A stretch of 64,000 nt of DNA from Callorhinchus milii (taxonomy: Eukaryota), in assembly GCF_018977255.1 (NCBI RefSeq), contig NW_024704742.1, positions 103,480,001 to 103,544,000 of the forward strand, written 5' to 3'. Each line of letters begins with the position of its first letter. Position 1 is the stretch's first letter. Shown here in pieces: positions 22,751 to 36,400 of this stretch. The position numbers were made by a program, and so were the translations under genes. The notes under the pieces were generated by a model that saw nothing but the letters and a program-made list of their open reading frames with translations, did not search any database and had not been told where the DNA came from.

Positions 22751-25700
22751 AGCAATTCTGCATTTAACCAGTTAACCAACTAAACTATACAAACCAGGAA
22801 TCCTAAACATTTTGTGATGTCCATATAATGAAGCAATATTTTATTGGTGTTAGTGATTAATATACATGGAAGTGCATGATAAAGAAGTGAATGAATTGGA
22901 CTGTTGAAATGTAAAGTTATTGGTTTGCAGTATTGTCTGAGGCTGTCCTATTAACAAGACTGAGAGCAATGAGATAATTCTATGACAACTTATGCTAGGA
23001 AACAGTAAGGGAACTTCTGTAAAGCAACCATTTTAAACAGAACTGCACTGATGTCCAGCAGTTTATACACTTTATTCACAATCAACAACTCTGTGGTTAA
23101 TTATATTGATTGTGAATCAGCCTACACAGACAAAATGTACCCATTGATTTTGTAAATAGGACTCCTTCGACAATTAATATTTCACTTGCAAGAACTCCAT
23201 GCATTGATTTGGCAATCCTGGTGATTGACTCACTGATATTGCAATGCCAACGACATAGCAAATAAAATATGTGTTTAATTTGTTTTTATAAAGAAATGCA
23301 AGTGGAAAATCATTTATGGCATGCTTGTTAAAGCAAGATCCTGGCCTAGCAGACACTACAACAAAAACAACAAAAACCTGCTTTTTTATAGCGCCATTCA
23401 CTTGGGATAGGGTCCCAGAGCACTGGTGGTAATATGCCAGGCAGATTGCAATGAACTCCCAGTTTCCAAAGTATTCCCAGATATAGCTGCATTGTCAGAC
23501 GTTTAACTGAGACCTTGTCTATCTTTTCAGGCGGATGTTAAAGATCCCATGATGCTATTTAAAATGAAAAGTGAGTTTCCTGGTCATCTAGGTAAATTGA
23601 TCATTCATCTCCTGGATGCTTGTGGGACTTTGCTGTGCACAAATTAGCTGCCACATTCGCTTACAAATACAGTCACTTCAATGTACAGCAATTATCCGTG
23701 AACTGCTTTGAGATGTTTCAACATTATAGACTCTGTATTAAATGGTGGTATTACTAAACACATTTCATTGCTTATTCAAGGAACAAGGCTAAATATTTTG
23801 TAAAATACCCATATCCATTGACTACTGGATGTCCCAGCGTCTTGGGACGTCCTCCCGACTTAAAAGGTGCTATTACAAATATAATTTTGCATTGTAATTT
23901 ATATTGTGTTGTACTGAATATTGCCAGTGCCAAATGACTGAAAATACTCTTCACCTCACTGCTTATTCATTCACGATAAACCCAGTTGTTGTAACCTCAG
24001 CAATCTGCTGAACCCTGAGTTTACGATCGAATCTTCTGTTTGATCCATCAGCATCACTTACCTCTGAAATGTCCTGCTTACATCTCTACACCACAACCGC
24101 CAAAGCTGAACATTTATCCATGCCTTGGTAGGTTAGGTTTTCTCTGATGTTCCCCTCACTTGCCCCCGCCTTGTCACATTTTAATTCATTCAGAAATCCA
24201 CATTCTTTTATGGGAATGGTGCTATATAACTGAAAGTTCTTATTATGAAGGTATAATAATAAAATTCCTTGCATTTGATGTAGCGCCTTTCACATCAGGA
24301 GGATGTCTCAAAACACTTTGCAGGATATACTGTGTATTCTGTTTGCGAACACAGCAGTCAATTTATGCAAAGCAATGTCCAACAAACAGCCATTAAATTT
24401 GAGGGGTTTGTTGCTCAGAACACTTGGTAAAGGTCCCTTCTCTTTTCAAATGTGCACTAAACAGGCAAACGGGACCTCGGTTCAATGTGTCATTCAGAAA
24501 TACAGCCCACTCCTAGCACTGCACTGGAGTTTAGCCTAGACTAAGTAAGTTCAAAGTCTTGATCTGGAACTTCAATTAACTTTATAAATTTTTTATGCCT
24601 TGGCAAACTTTGAGTGAATATATTATCAATAATACATTGATAATATATTGTTATTGATTAATATATTGATATATATTGTTTTCTCTTATCATCATAGATC
24701 TGCTTCCCAGGCCACCCTAACTTCAACACTCAGTCAAGTATGAGTTGATTTTGTTTCAAATAACAGACTTTCTAAAGGATAATTGATTGTACAAATGTGC
24801 TTCTCAGACCATCTGTGCAGTTCTGTGGGAATTGTAATAAAAAAGGTTAGTTCATGAATATGCAGATGGTCAACGTTGCCGCAAGTCTAATCAGAAATGA
24901 GTCTTAATTTCCCAGGGTCAATTTTACACCGGCATCCAAGCTAACTCTGCACAGGCCTGCCAATCTAATAGATTTGGTCACAAGTGATGTTTGTCAGTTA
25001 ATATAATTTATTGGTTGAGTTGACTTTTTTTTTCTATTTGCATTCTTTTGACACTTCAAGATCTTTTCAACTTTCAAAAATTCTGCATTTTCAATCATAA
25101 AACACATTAAACTTCCCAGTAACCCGCTGGGTAAATATTTCCTGTGTCTTTGCTTTCTTGATACAAGTTGCTGTGTCCCTTTAAGTTGTCCTTCCGACAT
25201 GAATGGTCCTATATCAATCCAAGGATTATTGCTATTATTATCTGTGCTTCCTCATCCCAATCTTTGGAACAATGCTTTTTTTTGATCAATTATTGCATGA
25301 TGTGCAGTTTTTGATAGACTATTAATAGCCATGCTACATGCAATGTAATAATAATATTACAGATAAATGACTGCATGAATGCACATGGAGATGTTGTAAT
25401 ATTTAGAAACATTACTGTCAATGCTTTCAAATGATAGTCAATTGAATTTCTTGCAAAACACAGATCACCTCCATAATTCCTAAGCCCCCTCTCCACACAC
25501 CATCACCAATGAGACCTCCTTTCACTGAAGGCTGGGGCCAGCATTGTTTTATGCTCAGTTGGATCTTATAGTTCACCTGAGCTGGTTCTTACCACACAAC
25601 CCAGAATCCCTCCAAGACATGATTATTAGCCTCACCAGATCGGTCCACTGTTTTTTAATGTCTGGAGAAGATCTCAAATATTTTCCCAGCTTCCCCCACT

Positions 25701-26149
25701 GGGTCAAGACCAAATAATCCCTTAAGTGGATATAGCCTTATGCTGTGTAAGGGAAGAAGCTTTCCTTACTTTAGTGTTTGGGATGTTGAGAATGTAATAC
25801 TTATTGTTTGTGCTTCTCTGAGAGTACTAGGTATAGGACCAATTTACAAAACGCTCATACACAGAAGGAAGCCATTTGATCTATAGCGTATGTGCTAGTG
25901 CCAGCTCCCCCCACCGGAAATATTTGTTGGATACTCCTTTAAGTGTAAATTGACAATGAACAGAAGGGCCAATAAGAAGAAGGGCAGGGAGTGCAAAAGG
26001 ACACTGGGAATGGGGTAAAATGTATGGTTTAAGTGGTGGATTTATGAATGTTTGGATTGACAAATGAAGAAGCGTATTAACACACCCTTGATTTGGATTG
26101 AGTTACATTACAATATTCACCTAACCCCATGTCCCTGCACTTTCCCGAT

Positions 26150-26512
26150 ATGAGGGACCTATTAGATGTGTTTAAGATTATGAAATGATTCAATTAGGTG
26201 AATATTGATTCCCACGTGTTAGTGAGTCGAAAACTAGAAGGCATTAATATAATATAGCTGTAGCAGATCTAATAGGGGGTTTAGCAGGACTCCTTCATGT
26301 TGTGAGAACATGGATTCCACTGTTGGAAATGGTAGCTAAAGTAAATAGCTTTATGTATTTAAGAGAAATCTTGATAGATACATGAGGTAGAAGAGAATAG
26401 AGGGGTGTAGGTGAGGGGAATATGAAAGATGGGTCTCATGTAGAGCATAAACACCGGAACAAATTACTTGGGCAGAATAGTCTGTTTTCATGGCATATCA
26501 CTCTATGTAATT
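26150..26512 (+). mobile_element. CR1 LINE 3' fragment
   Basis: Similar to 32570-32940 (GATGTGTTTAAGATTATGAAA, GTAGCAGATCTA, GAGCATAAACACCGG, GGGCAGAATAGTCTGTTT). Confidence 0.7.
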
Positions 26513-26884
26513 TAGGTAACCTTCAACATTAATTTTCTGCAAATATTAATACAATGTCCTTTTAAATGCAAATCTAGTGGTATTTGTTTCTCTGCAGAAT
26601 GGCATCTGTTTTTGTGCTGGTTCAGTTGGTCTGCATGCAAGACATTTGTTTCCTTGCCATCTATTCAAAATACAGCTGTACTGAATTAATTCCAAATCAA
26701 TCTGAATGTTCACTGCTATATATCATTCTCCCTATCCAGGATCCAATTTACCATGAACAGTACTGCCATACTCCTTTTTGTTATAACAGATTTAAATGGA
26801 TTGCTGAAGGGACCTAATTGTACAATCCTTCCTAACTATGTTTTTTTATTTCCTTCATTTCATTATAATATTAATTCTAACTTC

Positions 26885-27275
26885 AGCTTGGCTCACTTGG
26901 TAGCAGTCTCACCTCTAGGTCGGAAGATTGTGGATTCAAGCCTCACATCAGGGTCTGTTCTCACAGTCTAGGCTGACACTCAATGGGGGTGTGCTACATT
27001 GTCAGAGGTGCCATCCTAGGGATGAGACATTAAGCCAAGGTCCTATCCATCTATTCAGGTAGATGTTAAAGAACACTCTTCAAAAGGAGAAAGGAGTTTT
27101 TCCATGTGGCAGTCCACCAGAAAAATTAGTCATTCACTTCATAGATTTTTATGGGAACATTGCTGTGTCCAAATTGGCTGCCTTATTTGTCAACAAACAC
27201 TATCTTTACTATAATTACAGTCAGGTGACTTGAGATCTTTCAACATTATAGGTGCTGCATTAAATGCAAAGCTTA
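26885..27275 (+). mobile_element. SacSINE1-like SINE
   Basis: TTGGCTCACTTGGTAGCAGTCTCACCTCT head, GGCTGACACTC, GGATGAGACATTAA, AAATTGGCTGCC core. Confidence 0.7.
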
Positions 27276-28514
27276 TTGTTTTTATCTGATAGTTTTAGCA
27301 AACCCGTTGATATTGGATTCCCTGGAAGAATATAAAGTAACCACTATTCATCCCTCAGGAAAATAACAATCCTAGTAGAGAGATTAAAAAAGCATAATTT
27401 GCAGCAATGTTGCTATGTTTAAAGCAACGAATGGTGCATTTTACAAATAATACACACTGACACATGAGTATTAAACATCTATACATGGGATAAATCATTT
27501 AATTTAACTGCATACTTTTAACAAAAGATAGTTATTCACAGGTGGACAAAATGTTTTGTATATAACTAGTACATATACCATGTTTTAAGAATGTATACAC
27601 AGAATGATTAAGAAACAATAATAATGCTTACATATATAAATTCTTTCACATCAAGAGGATGTCTAAAAATGTTCCACTGGATTTATTCTAAAGTGGAATG
27701 ACTGTGTACTTTTGGCAATGAACTGTCTAAGGTATTTCTATTAATTGTAGGAATTACTAAGTCATCTCTCAATCAGCTCTTCTAAATCAAGTGATTAATT
27801 TGCAATCTATTGGAGCAAAGTTTCAATATTATATCACAAGATTACAAGATCAATTTAGATGAAGGAGGCCTCTTGTCCCACTTGATCTCATCCTTCCAGA
27901 ACACCCACCTCCCATCACAGCATCAAGCTGGTTTTTAAATGAGTTCAGTGTCCTGGCCTCAACTATCCTTCCTGATAATATGTTCCAGTAATCAGTTACC
28001 TTCTGGGTAAAGAAATACATTGTGATGTTTGTAATGTTTGTTTTTAATCAGGGAGATGTAATGAATACTCTGAATAGCAGACATTCATCTACAAAATACA
28101 CTTTACAGTGAAGCCTGTGAAGGGTCTTGAGATGCCCTCCTGATGTGAAAGTGTCTGTATCAAATGCAAAGATTATTATTAAAAATTATTATGTACCAAT
28201 TAGATGGACACAACCAAATGCACCAGTATATTTGTCCTTTTTATGTTAATGATCTATTGAGTAAGTAGCAATAGGGACCCAATGAGCTTTATTTTTATAC
28301 ACGAGAAAAAGAGGAAAAAGGTGAGAAAGAACTTGTATTTCAATAGCACCTTAACATTTGGAAACATCTAAAAGTACTTGAAAAGTAATTACTATCAGGT
28401 GTAGTGAGTATTTTTCGTAAGTGGATGTGATAGCCATTTGTACCACCAAAGTTCCACAAGAAACCATGAGGTGACAGAGCAATTAAAATAGAGGATTCAA
28501 ATATCATAATATAA

Positions 28515-28915
28515 TCTCCATTGCATTTGATATAGCACCTACAGTGTTCTGTTGTAAAGTGCTTCACAGATAGTTGCTGTAAAGTGAAAGTAGATTTGTA
28601 GGTAAATGCATCGGTCAACTTGCACAGAGCAACATCGCACAAACAGCAATGAAAGAAATGATCAATTCAACTGGAGGATTGTTGTGAAACTCCCTTTCCT
28701 TTACAAATACTGTCACATGATCTTTAATGCCTCATGAACATGCAGACAAGACATTGCTCTGAGATTTTATCCGAAGGGCCACACTTCCAACTGTGCAGTA
28801 CTTTTCCATTAATGGCCTGAAGTGTCAGCTTAGACCGTGAGCTCAAAGTCCCTAACTTGGATTTGAACCTACAACTTTCTGCCCCAGAGTCAAGAGTGCT
28901 ACATTTGAGCCAATA
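28515..28915 (-). mobile_element. SacSINE1-like SINE
   Basis: Tail TTGCATTTGATATAGCACC through ATCCGAAGG..GTGTCAGC..TTTGAACCTACAACTTTCTG..GAGTGCTAC..TGAGCCAA. Confidence 0.7.
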
Positions 28916-29850
28916 TGACAACTACAAAGTTCTATTAAAGATTAAGATATTGTGTTAGCAACACGTTTTCAAAGCAAGGAAACTTCTGGGTATGTTGTCA
29001 TGGCTGACAGTGTCAATTTCAGACTGGTTTTCTTAGCTCTCCTGTTCATTGGTGGCATTGAGGTTGCTATGGAAATATTTGTTGTTTCATGCATGATTTT
29101 TAAAGGATGTAGATGAAAAGAAGATAAGAGTTTGTACTTACACAGCAAGCACATTCTGTAATGTGAAAATGTGGGTGAATAAAAACATGGTGAAGTTTCC
29201 AGGATTTCTTACCTGGGTTTCTTAAGTGAATGACTTAGATCTGAGCCATGACAATTTGATTGATCTTTAAACTGGTATGACATGCTTCCATTTACCAGAA
29301 TTAGTTTCTTATCAGGTTTCTTAATTAAGAAATGCTGCAAAGTTGACCCTATGCTGTGAAAATATATCCTTGGGGATATTTATCTCATTGTCCAAGCAAT
29401 CAGCTCACTATATAAAGTGAAGGTGCGGTACACACTCCAAGGTGGGGAATGTTTGGAGCACAGATGGGTTTTGCCCCTTTTCAGGTTATTTTTTATCAGC
29501 TGGGTATCTGATACATGTGGAAACCATCACTGTGCTTAGGAATATGTAAAACAGACTGGCAAATATTTGGAAACTTCCCAGTGTCTGGAAATGGAATACA
29601 GTGAGATGCATCCTGCTTACCCAATTCTGGAGACTGTTAGGTGCAGGTTGGCAAGAGCCAAGGCTTGAGGAACCCAGATTGTGTAGTGAGGCACTGCTGG
29701 AGTTTAGCTAAAACCACATAGTTTGCCATTGAGAGCACTGCCTAGCAAATTTCATGCTACTTGTTCAACTAGGACCAACCTACTCATTAGGACTTTGGCT
29801 TGTAAGGGTAACAGTAGTTGAGAGAGAAGAATCCCTTCTCCAAGTGATTG

Positions 29851-30173
29851 TGGATTCCTGTAGCTCAGTGGTTAGAGTACTCGCATTGCAAGTGAGAGAC
29901 CTGAGTTCAATTCCCGGCAGGGCGAAATCTTGGGCAAGTTTCCTTACTCCACACGCCTAATAATAATCCCTCCAAAAACCAAAAACAATAATAAATTGGT
30001 CATTTTCAATCTACGACTGTTTGTTGGACATTGCTGTGCGCAATTGGCTGCCGCGTTCGCCCACAAATATACAGTCAATTCACTTTACAGTGTGTTCTAT
30101 GAGGCGCTTTGGGACGTCCTCCCGACGTGAAAAGCGCTATATCAAATGCAAGGATTATTATTATTATTATTAT
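29851..30173 (+). mobile_element. Young tRNA(Ala)-derived SINE, full length, inserted in a TIR-family repeat
   Basis: Near-identical to 3527-3855. Confidence 0.92.
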
Positions 30174-32489
30174 CTGCTTCTCTGAGTCCTGTTGATGAGC
30201 CAGGCTGGTTTGTCTGGCATCAGCAATGCCTATTTGTCATTGTGCTCATTCTCTTTAAAAAGTGAGTTATTTATGTACCCCCTGTGTTTTTATTTGTTAA
30301 ATTAAAACAAGTTATCAAACCCTGTATTCTTATTCATTCTCACTTCATTACTAGAAAGCATATGATTCTTATACTGTGAAACCTGCAGTTTTCCCAATTG
30401 AACAAGTAACAAATGTTCACAGGAATGAGCCCATTCCCTGTCCCCCCAACAGACTTCAACACCAATGCAGTGCATGGATTTTAATTGCTGGTTCTTGGCT
30501 TAATTCCACTTTTTTTTCCTTGAGTTAGGCTGACAGGCAAGAAACCAGTCACAAGAAAACATCACATCCCATTTCCCACTGGTGCAAAGACAATGCACTA
30601 ACTGTCAGCAAAATCCAATTTTCATGCACTTCATTGTGAGATAATAGTGCAAGCCACACGCAAATTGGCCATTCCATGATTCCCACTGCCTTCAGTCAAT
30701 CCTTAGATCGTTGGCTTGACTACGCATTCTCCTGTCTGTACAGGGGCCTGCAGGTTCTGTACATTTTACCTCACCCATAGAGACATTGCAGAATACTATT
30801 ACAGTAGCAAAACTACTCAAATATCAGGATTATCTTTATTACTGTAATAATAACCATGGTCCATTAAATTAAATACAGAAGGAACCAAGGTTAAAAAATA
30901 CAGTACGGTTTTTTTTTGGTGCTTGGGAGTTATAAAGTTATCAGAAAAAAGTAACAAAGAAACCAGAGTGCTTGACCAGAAAATAAGCAGCTTCAACATG
31001 ATAAATCGGTTGTCAATCATTAATCTGTAGGCAGTTTGAAGACAAAATAATGGCACAGTAGCTAAGGGCAACTATCAGCTTCACAGCTACAAGCAGGGTT
31101 GTGTTGACCGATGACTGGGTTTCTCAATCTGCCTCCAGTTTAGCACATAGATCAATGACCATTTGTTTGTTTAATCTATATCTATCTCTCAGTTGTCTTT
31201 GACGGAAGCTTGAAAACTTAAATTGGGCCAATAAAACAGCTCCAAAGAAATGGCTTTTTCCATTTTTATCTATTCCTAACAGTGGCTATCAGTCTCACAA
31301 TTGTGCCTACATGTTGAGCTTTTATATGTCTTTAACAATATTACCACCACCTTTAAAAAAAACAATAAAAAAACAGAGTTTACTGATAAACACCTGAGTC
31401 TCAAATAACCTCTGCAGCTCGATTAATGCCATGACGCTCCATAATTAAAGTGCTTAGCAACTTATATAATGCAGGTTGATATTAGGTACAAATCTATATA
31501 ATGCTAGGTGATATGGGGTATAAATATTATATAATGAAAGGTGATATGGGCTACCGCTACAGTGTTTTAAAGGAGAAATCTGTCACATTTTTGGCTGCCA
31601 CAAGCTTTTGTGTGAATCATGGCCTTAGCATATGGCAAGAGAAAATGAAACCATAACATGAATTTTTTTATTCAATTGTTGAAAAGTAAAAGTAAAAAAG
31701 TATTCTTAGAAAATGGAGAAACTGATATGAAAAGCTCACAGATAGAAGCTAGAGATTTGGAGGAAACTTGTACTAAAGGTGCACTGCTTATTAATTTAAT
31801 GTTTTCAGTTATATTAACAATGACTTTGAAAACGTGCCACAAATAATGTTGCAATAAAATAGTAAAGACAAATTGATTCAATTTCAAATTGCAGTAGATT
31901 GTGTTGATGTTATTTGAAGTTGATTTTCAAATTGTTCATCCAGTTTTGCATCTTTTTAGATTTGAGGTGTCTTGTTACTTCTTTTTTAAAAAATATAGAT
32001 ATGTGGCAGAGAGCCACAATATCCTCATGCAAGTATGCCTCATTCTAGCGCTCTGGGATGCTACCCTGCATGAAGGGTGCTATATAAATGTAAGTTGTTG
32101 TTGTCTTCAATGTGTGTGTGTGTCCTGCCATTATTTTCCTACCTCTGTGGTAACGAGCAACTGGAATCAACAGCAGTAAGTTGTCTCCCTTTTATCTTTG
32201 TTATTACCTGTTTGTTCCAGTAGGGGGACAAACACCTGCCTGCATCTGTGAGTAAAGTGGGATTCCCATTAATTGTGAGGATCCCCATCTGGATCATCAT
32301 CTGATTTGTAACAACAAAAGAGGGCTGAACAGCACAACAGGGAATAGTTGGGGAACATCCTTACATTGATTTTTAGATGGTTAAATTCCAGTAGAACCCC
32401 AACGCACACTCTGGATTTTCCCAGACCTTGGTTCTCACCACCCGGCACATAATCATGTGTGCAGTTTGGTAGTTATGTTATAAGGAGGA

Positions 32490-32940
32490 TATTGGAGTAA
32501 CGGAGAAAGTGCAGTGTAGATTTCTACAATGTTACCGGGGATGAGTAGATACGGCCATTATGATGATTGAGAGAAGATGTGATAGAGGTGTTTAAAATTA
32601 TGAAAAGATTCAATGAGTTGAACATTAATAGCCTTCTTCCACTTGTTGGTTAGTCCAAAACAAGGGGCATACGTATAAAATAGCTAGTAGCAGATCTAGT
32701 AGGTAGTTTAGGAGGAACATCTTTACACAGAGGGTGGTGAGAATATGGAATTCAATGAAAGAAGTTGAATCATCAATGCATTTAAAAGGAAACATGATGC
32801 ATACATGAGGGAGAAACAAATAGAAGAGTATGGCAGAGGGATGGAGGCTTATTTGCAGTAGAAACACCAGCATGTGCAAGTTGGTGTTTACACTGCACCT
32901 ATTGGCTTGTGTTTGTGCTGTAACATTCTTTGTAATTCTA
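32490..32940 (+). mobile_element. CR1 LINE 3' fragment
   Basis: ATAGAGGTGTTTAAAATTATGAAA, TTTACACAGAGGGTGGTGAGAATATGGAATTC, GCATTTAAAAGG motifs. Confidence 0.75.
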
Positions 32941-33446
32941 GTTTAACAAAAGTGCTAAAATATATATTTCTTTCTCACCAAACTTGAAATCTGATAAATT
33001 TTGAACTTAAAATGGATTTGTGGCAAACGGAGTCTCGGTTGTAATTGAAATGTTACAGTTTGTTTCCAATTAAAGCCCTGTATCACTGAGCATGATGCAC
33101 TCAGAAGAAATCAATCCAATTTAACAATACTATTAAAAGCTATTAGAGTGCCTTTAAAAATAACTAAGACATTAGAATGTAATTTAATGCATTAATGTAT
33201 ACTATGAACTGCACAGCCTATTACTGTCAATTATGGTTTTGTATTAATAATTTAACATTAGCAGCTCATGTCCAGACTTAAGATCATAGCTGCAAAAGAA
33301 AAGTTCACTTTAGATTTCAAAGCACCCTCCAGTGAGCGCAGATTAACAACTGAAAGGTTTTTACCCCAGATAGCATCAGGAGAAAAGTTCATTTCTGGTT
33401 AGTGTTAGATATAGGATCAAGATGTTTTGGTTACAAACATGAATGG

Positions 33447-33465
33447 CTGACAGCAGGGGGCGCAG
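33447..33465 (+). promoter_or_regulatory. Candidate CTCF site
   Basis: CTGACAGCAGGGGGCGCAG resembles the CTCF core CCAGCAGGGGGCGC; retains a CpG in AT-rich DNA. Confidence 0.55.
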
Positions 33466-36400
33466 TTCACTATGCCCTGAATCAGCTGCACAAATTTAAG
33501 CTTTCCATATTGTGTGACATATGTATGGTAATGACAGTTGATTAAGTTATGGCCAGTTTATATTGCTGGAAGTAAAGTGATACCACTTGAGTAGTAGAAC
33601 AACTAGCAGGAAAAGCCCGGCTTATTCTTCCCCCTCCTAATCACATTGACCAAGTACTGAGGACAGTTCCGAACATGTGAAACCACAGATCTCTATGAGA
33701 CAGTTTCAGAGTGGAGTCTGAATAATTCACAATCGCTGCATTTATACTGCAGGAGAAAGAGTCAACATGCTGCTTCTCTTAGCAACCACAGTCCACTGTG
33801 ATTGTCTTTGAGATTGAACCGCTCAACCCCAATTTATACTGTGCAATATAAACAGGGCAAAAGTGGCCCCAAACCCCATCTAGCCTTAATCTGATGATTA
33901 TTTTGCCTCCACCAGCACATTGGCCAAGTGGTCATTGGTCAGGTGTGAGCCTTGACTGTGAGTGTTAGCAGGGTGTTCAAAATATAGAAATAACAATTAT
34001 AATCCTTGAATTTGATGTAGCACTTTTCAATAACAAGGATGTCTCAAAGCGCTTCACAGGATTTACAGTAAAGTGCAGTGACTGTGTATTTTGTAGGCTC
34101 TATAAACCTCCTGTAAACTTTTGCCAATGTTGTATCACACATGTACATTATTTTGTGTTCACATTTATCTTGGAGTGACTTCAGTGCTCTGAATAATTGG
34201 CATGTATTATTTTAGATGTTTTATTTAGCGATCAGATTGAAAACAAATTTACCGAAATAAAGATGACTAATGTTCATTCAAAATTAAAGTTGTATTTAAA
34301 TTAAATCTCTTAATAGATGTCAGGTTCCCATAACTTACTTAGGATAGTTTTGACACATATTTTCTTTGGTAGGTCTGACACATGCAAAAACTCTTCACTG
34401 TGCTTAAAAGTATTAAAATCAGACAAAAACAACAACAATTTACATTTGTATAGCTCCTTTCACGTCAGGAGGCACTGGACAGTCAGGGATTCAGATCCAA
34501 GCAGGGGATTAGGATAAGGGGGGGTGGAAGACAGGGACGGTAAAGGTAGGAGGGTGGCTGAAGGTGTGGTTGAAGAGGAGAATTCCACATGCCTGCACAT
34601 GAAAATTTCCATGTGTCTGGAATTGAATGAGCACCCTCTCCCTGGAGGGATGCCTGCTTACCTACTTCCAGAAAGAATTAAGTGCAGGTTGGCCAGAATA
34701 AAGCTTTGGTAAAGACCCCAGAATGTGCAATGGGGAACTGTTGGAGTTTAACCAATTAATAGTGTCCAACAATTTATCTCTGGAATTTCCATGTGTAGGT
34801 GGGTTGCATGGCATTCTCAATTTGGTTTGGATACTCTTAAGCATGGTGATGGGTTTCCACCTGTGTCAGGCACCTGACTGACCAAAAAAAAGTGTGTAGT
34901 TTGCCATTGAGAGCATCTTTTGGCAAGTTTCCAGCTGCTTGTCCAGCTGGGAACGTACTATCCTTTTGGGCTTTGATTTGCAGGGTTAAGAGAAGTAAGG
35001 GGAAGAAACACTGCTTCCAACTGCAAATGACATACGAGAACTACAAGTGACAGTGGGTAACTGAATCTTTAAGAATGAATCCTATTTTTAAAAAAGAAAT
35101 AGGGGATGCTGTAAAAAAAAACTTTCACACATGGGTGAAAAATGTGACATCACATATTTGATGTGATCACATTGTTATGAAATGTTGTATTTTCACTCCA
35201 TATTTTCAGATAAAGCATCTAATGTCTTTACAGCGACAGGACAACATTTGTTGTCTCTGTGATGCTTTGCAGATTTATCAGCCATTCTCACAATTTCCCA
35301 TACCAGTCCTTGCTGAATGTTTTGCTGTAAAGTAATGAGAATACACTCAGCAAAGTACTTAATGATGCACATGAATTTTATACAATAAGCTAATTGTCAT
35401 TGTCATAACTTTTAATAGGTACAGTTAATGGGATTGGAAGATCATCCACTGTTGAGAAAAAAATTAACAACTTCTTATGCAAAATTATTTCACGATGATC
35501 TGAAGAGCAGCTTTATGGCGATTAGAAAAAAGGACTTGATTATGTTGAAACATCTCAAAGCACTTCACAGTAATTACTGTTACACCTTCAAATCCCATCT
35601 AAACATCTTCCTTTTTGACCATGCTTACAGTCACCTCCTCCCTCCCTCTCCCGCTGGCTCATTGTCAGACTCCACGACCGTGAAGCGCTCTGGGACTCTA
35701 CCTTGCATGAAGGCCGCTATAAAATGTAAGTTGTTGTTGTTAAGTGTAGTGACTGTTTTTGTAAGCAAACACAACGGCCATTTTGCACAGCATCATACTA
35801 CAAACAGCCAAGAGGTGAACAACCACTTTTTATTTGGGATATTGTTGGTCAAGATACTAGGAGAAACTCTTTCCTCTTTTCAAATAGTGTGTTGGCTTCT
35901 TTAATATCTGCTTTGGTGATGGGTTTCCACATGTCAGACACCCGGCTGAGCAAAAAAACATTTTTTAAAATAATATCCGCTTGAAAACACGCAGATAGAC
36001 ATTAGCATTAAGAATGAGGTCACCTGATTGATTTCTTTACATACCCTATAACTGGGATGGAAAGTATTGAGAAAGATCTACATAGCCTGGACTCTAATCT
36101 AAATTCTGCATCCCACACTTCCCTGAACTGCAGTTCAAAGTGCAATTCACTCTATTGACTTAGCAGAAGTGTTATGAAATCACTGATAAAGGGACCTGGA
36201 GCTTGGTAACAAGATCATTCTCAGGGCAGCTTTCAATACACCGAACAAGTGTGTCTATTCTCCAGTGAGTTCAAAACATTCAAATTAGAAATCTGATTAT
36301 TCAACTGAATGTACTGACTTCATTGTTCATTAACATGCGTTAAGTAAGCTGCCAAGGAATCCCACTAGAGTTAGAAATATGAATTTAGCATTCATTGCTT

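Noticed and set aside
24055..24180. Consensus minus-strand donor AG|GTAAGT at 24062
   Set aside because: Lies in what looks like a decayed plus-strand L2 remnant; no convincing acceptor or phase-compatible ORF.
33640..33765. Strong minus-strand acceptor CTCTTTCTCCTGCAG
   Set aside because: Stops follow in all frames before any good donor, and the region looks like an old repeat; a non-coding exon cannot be excluded.
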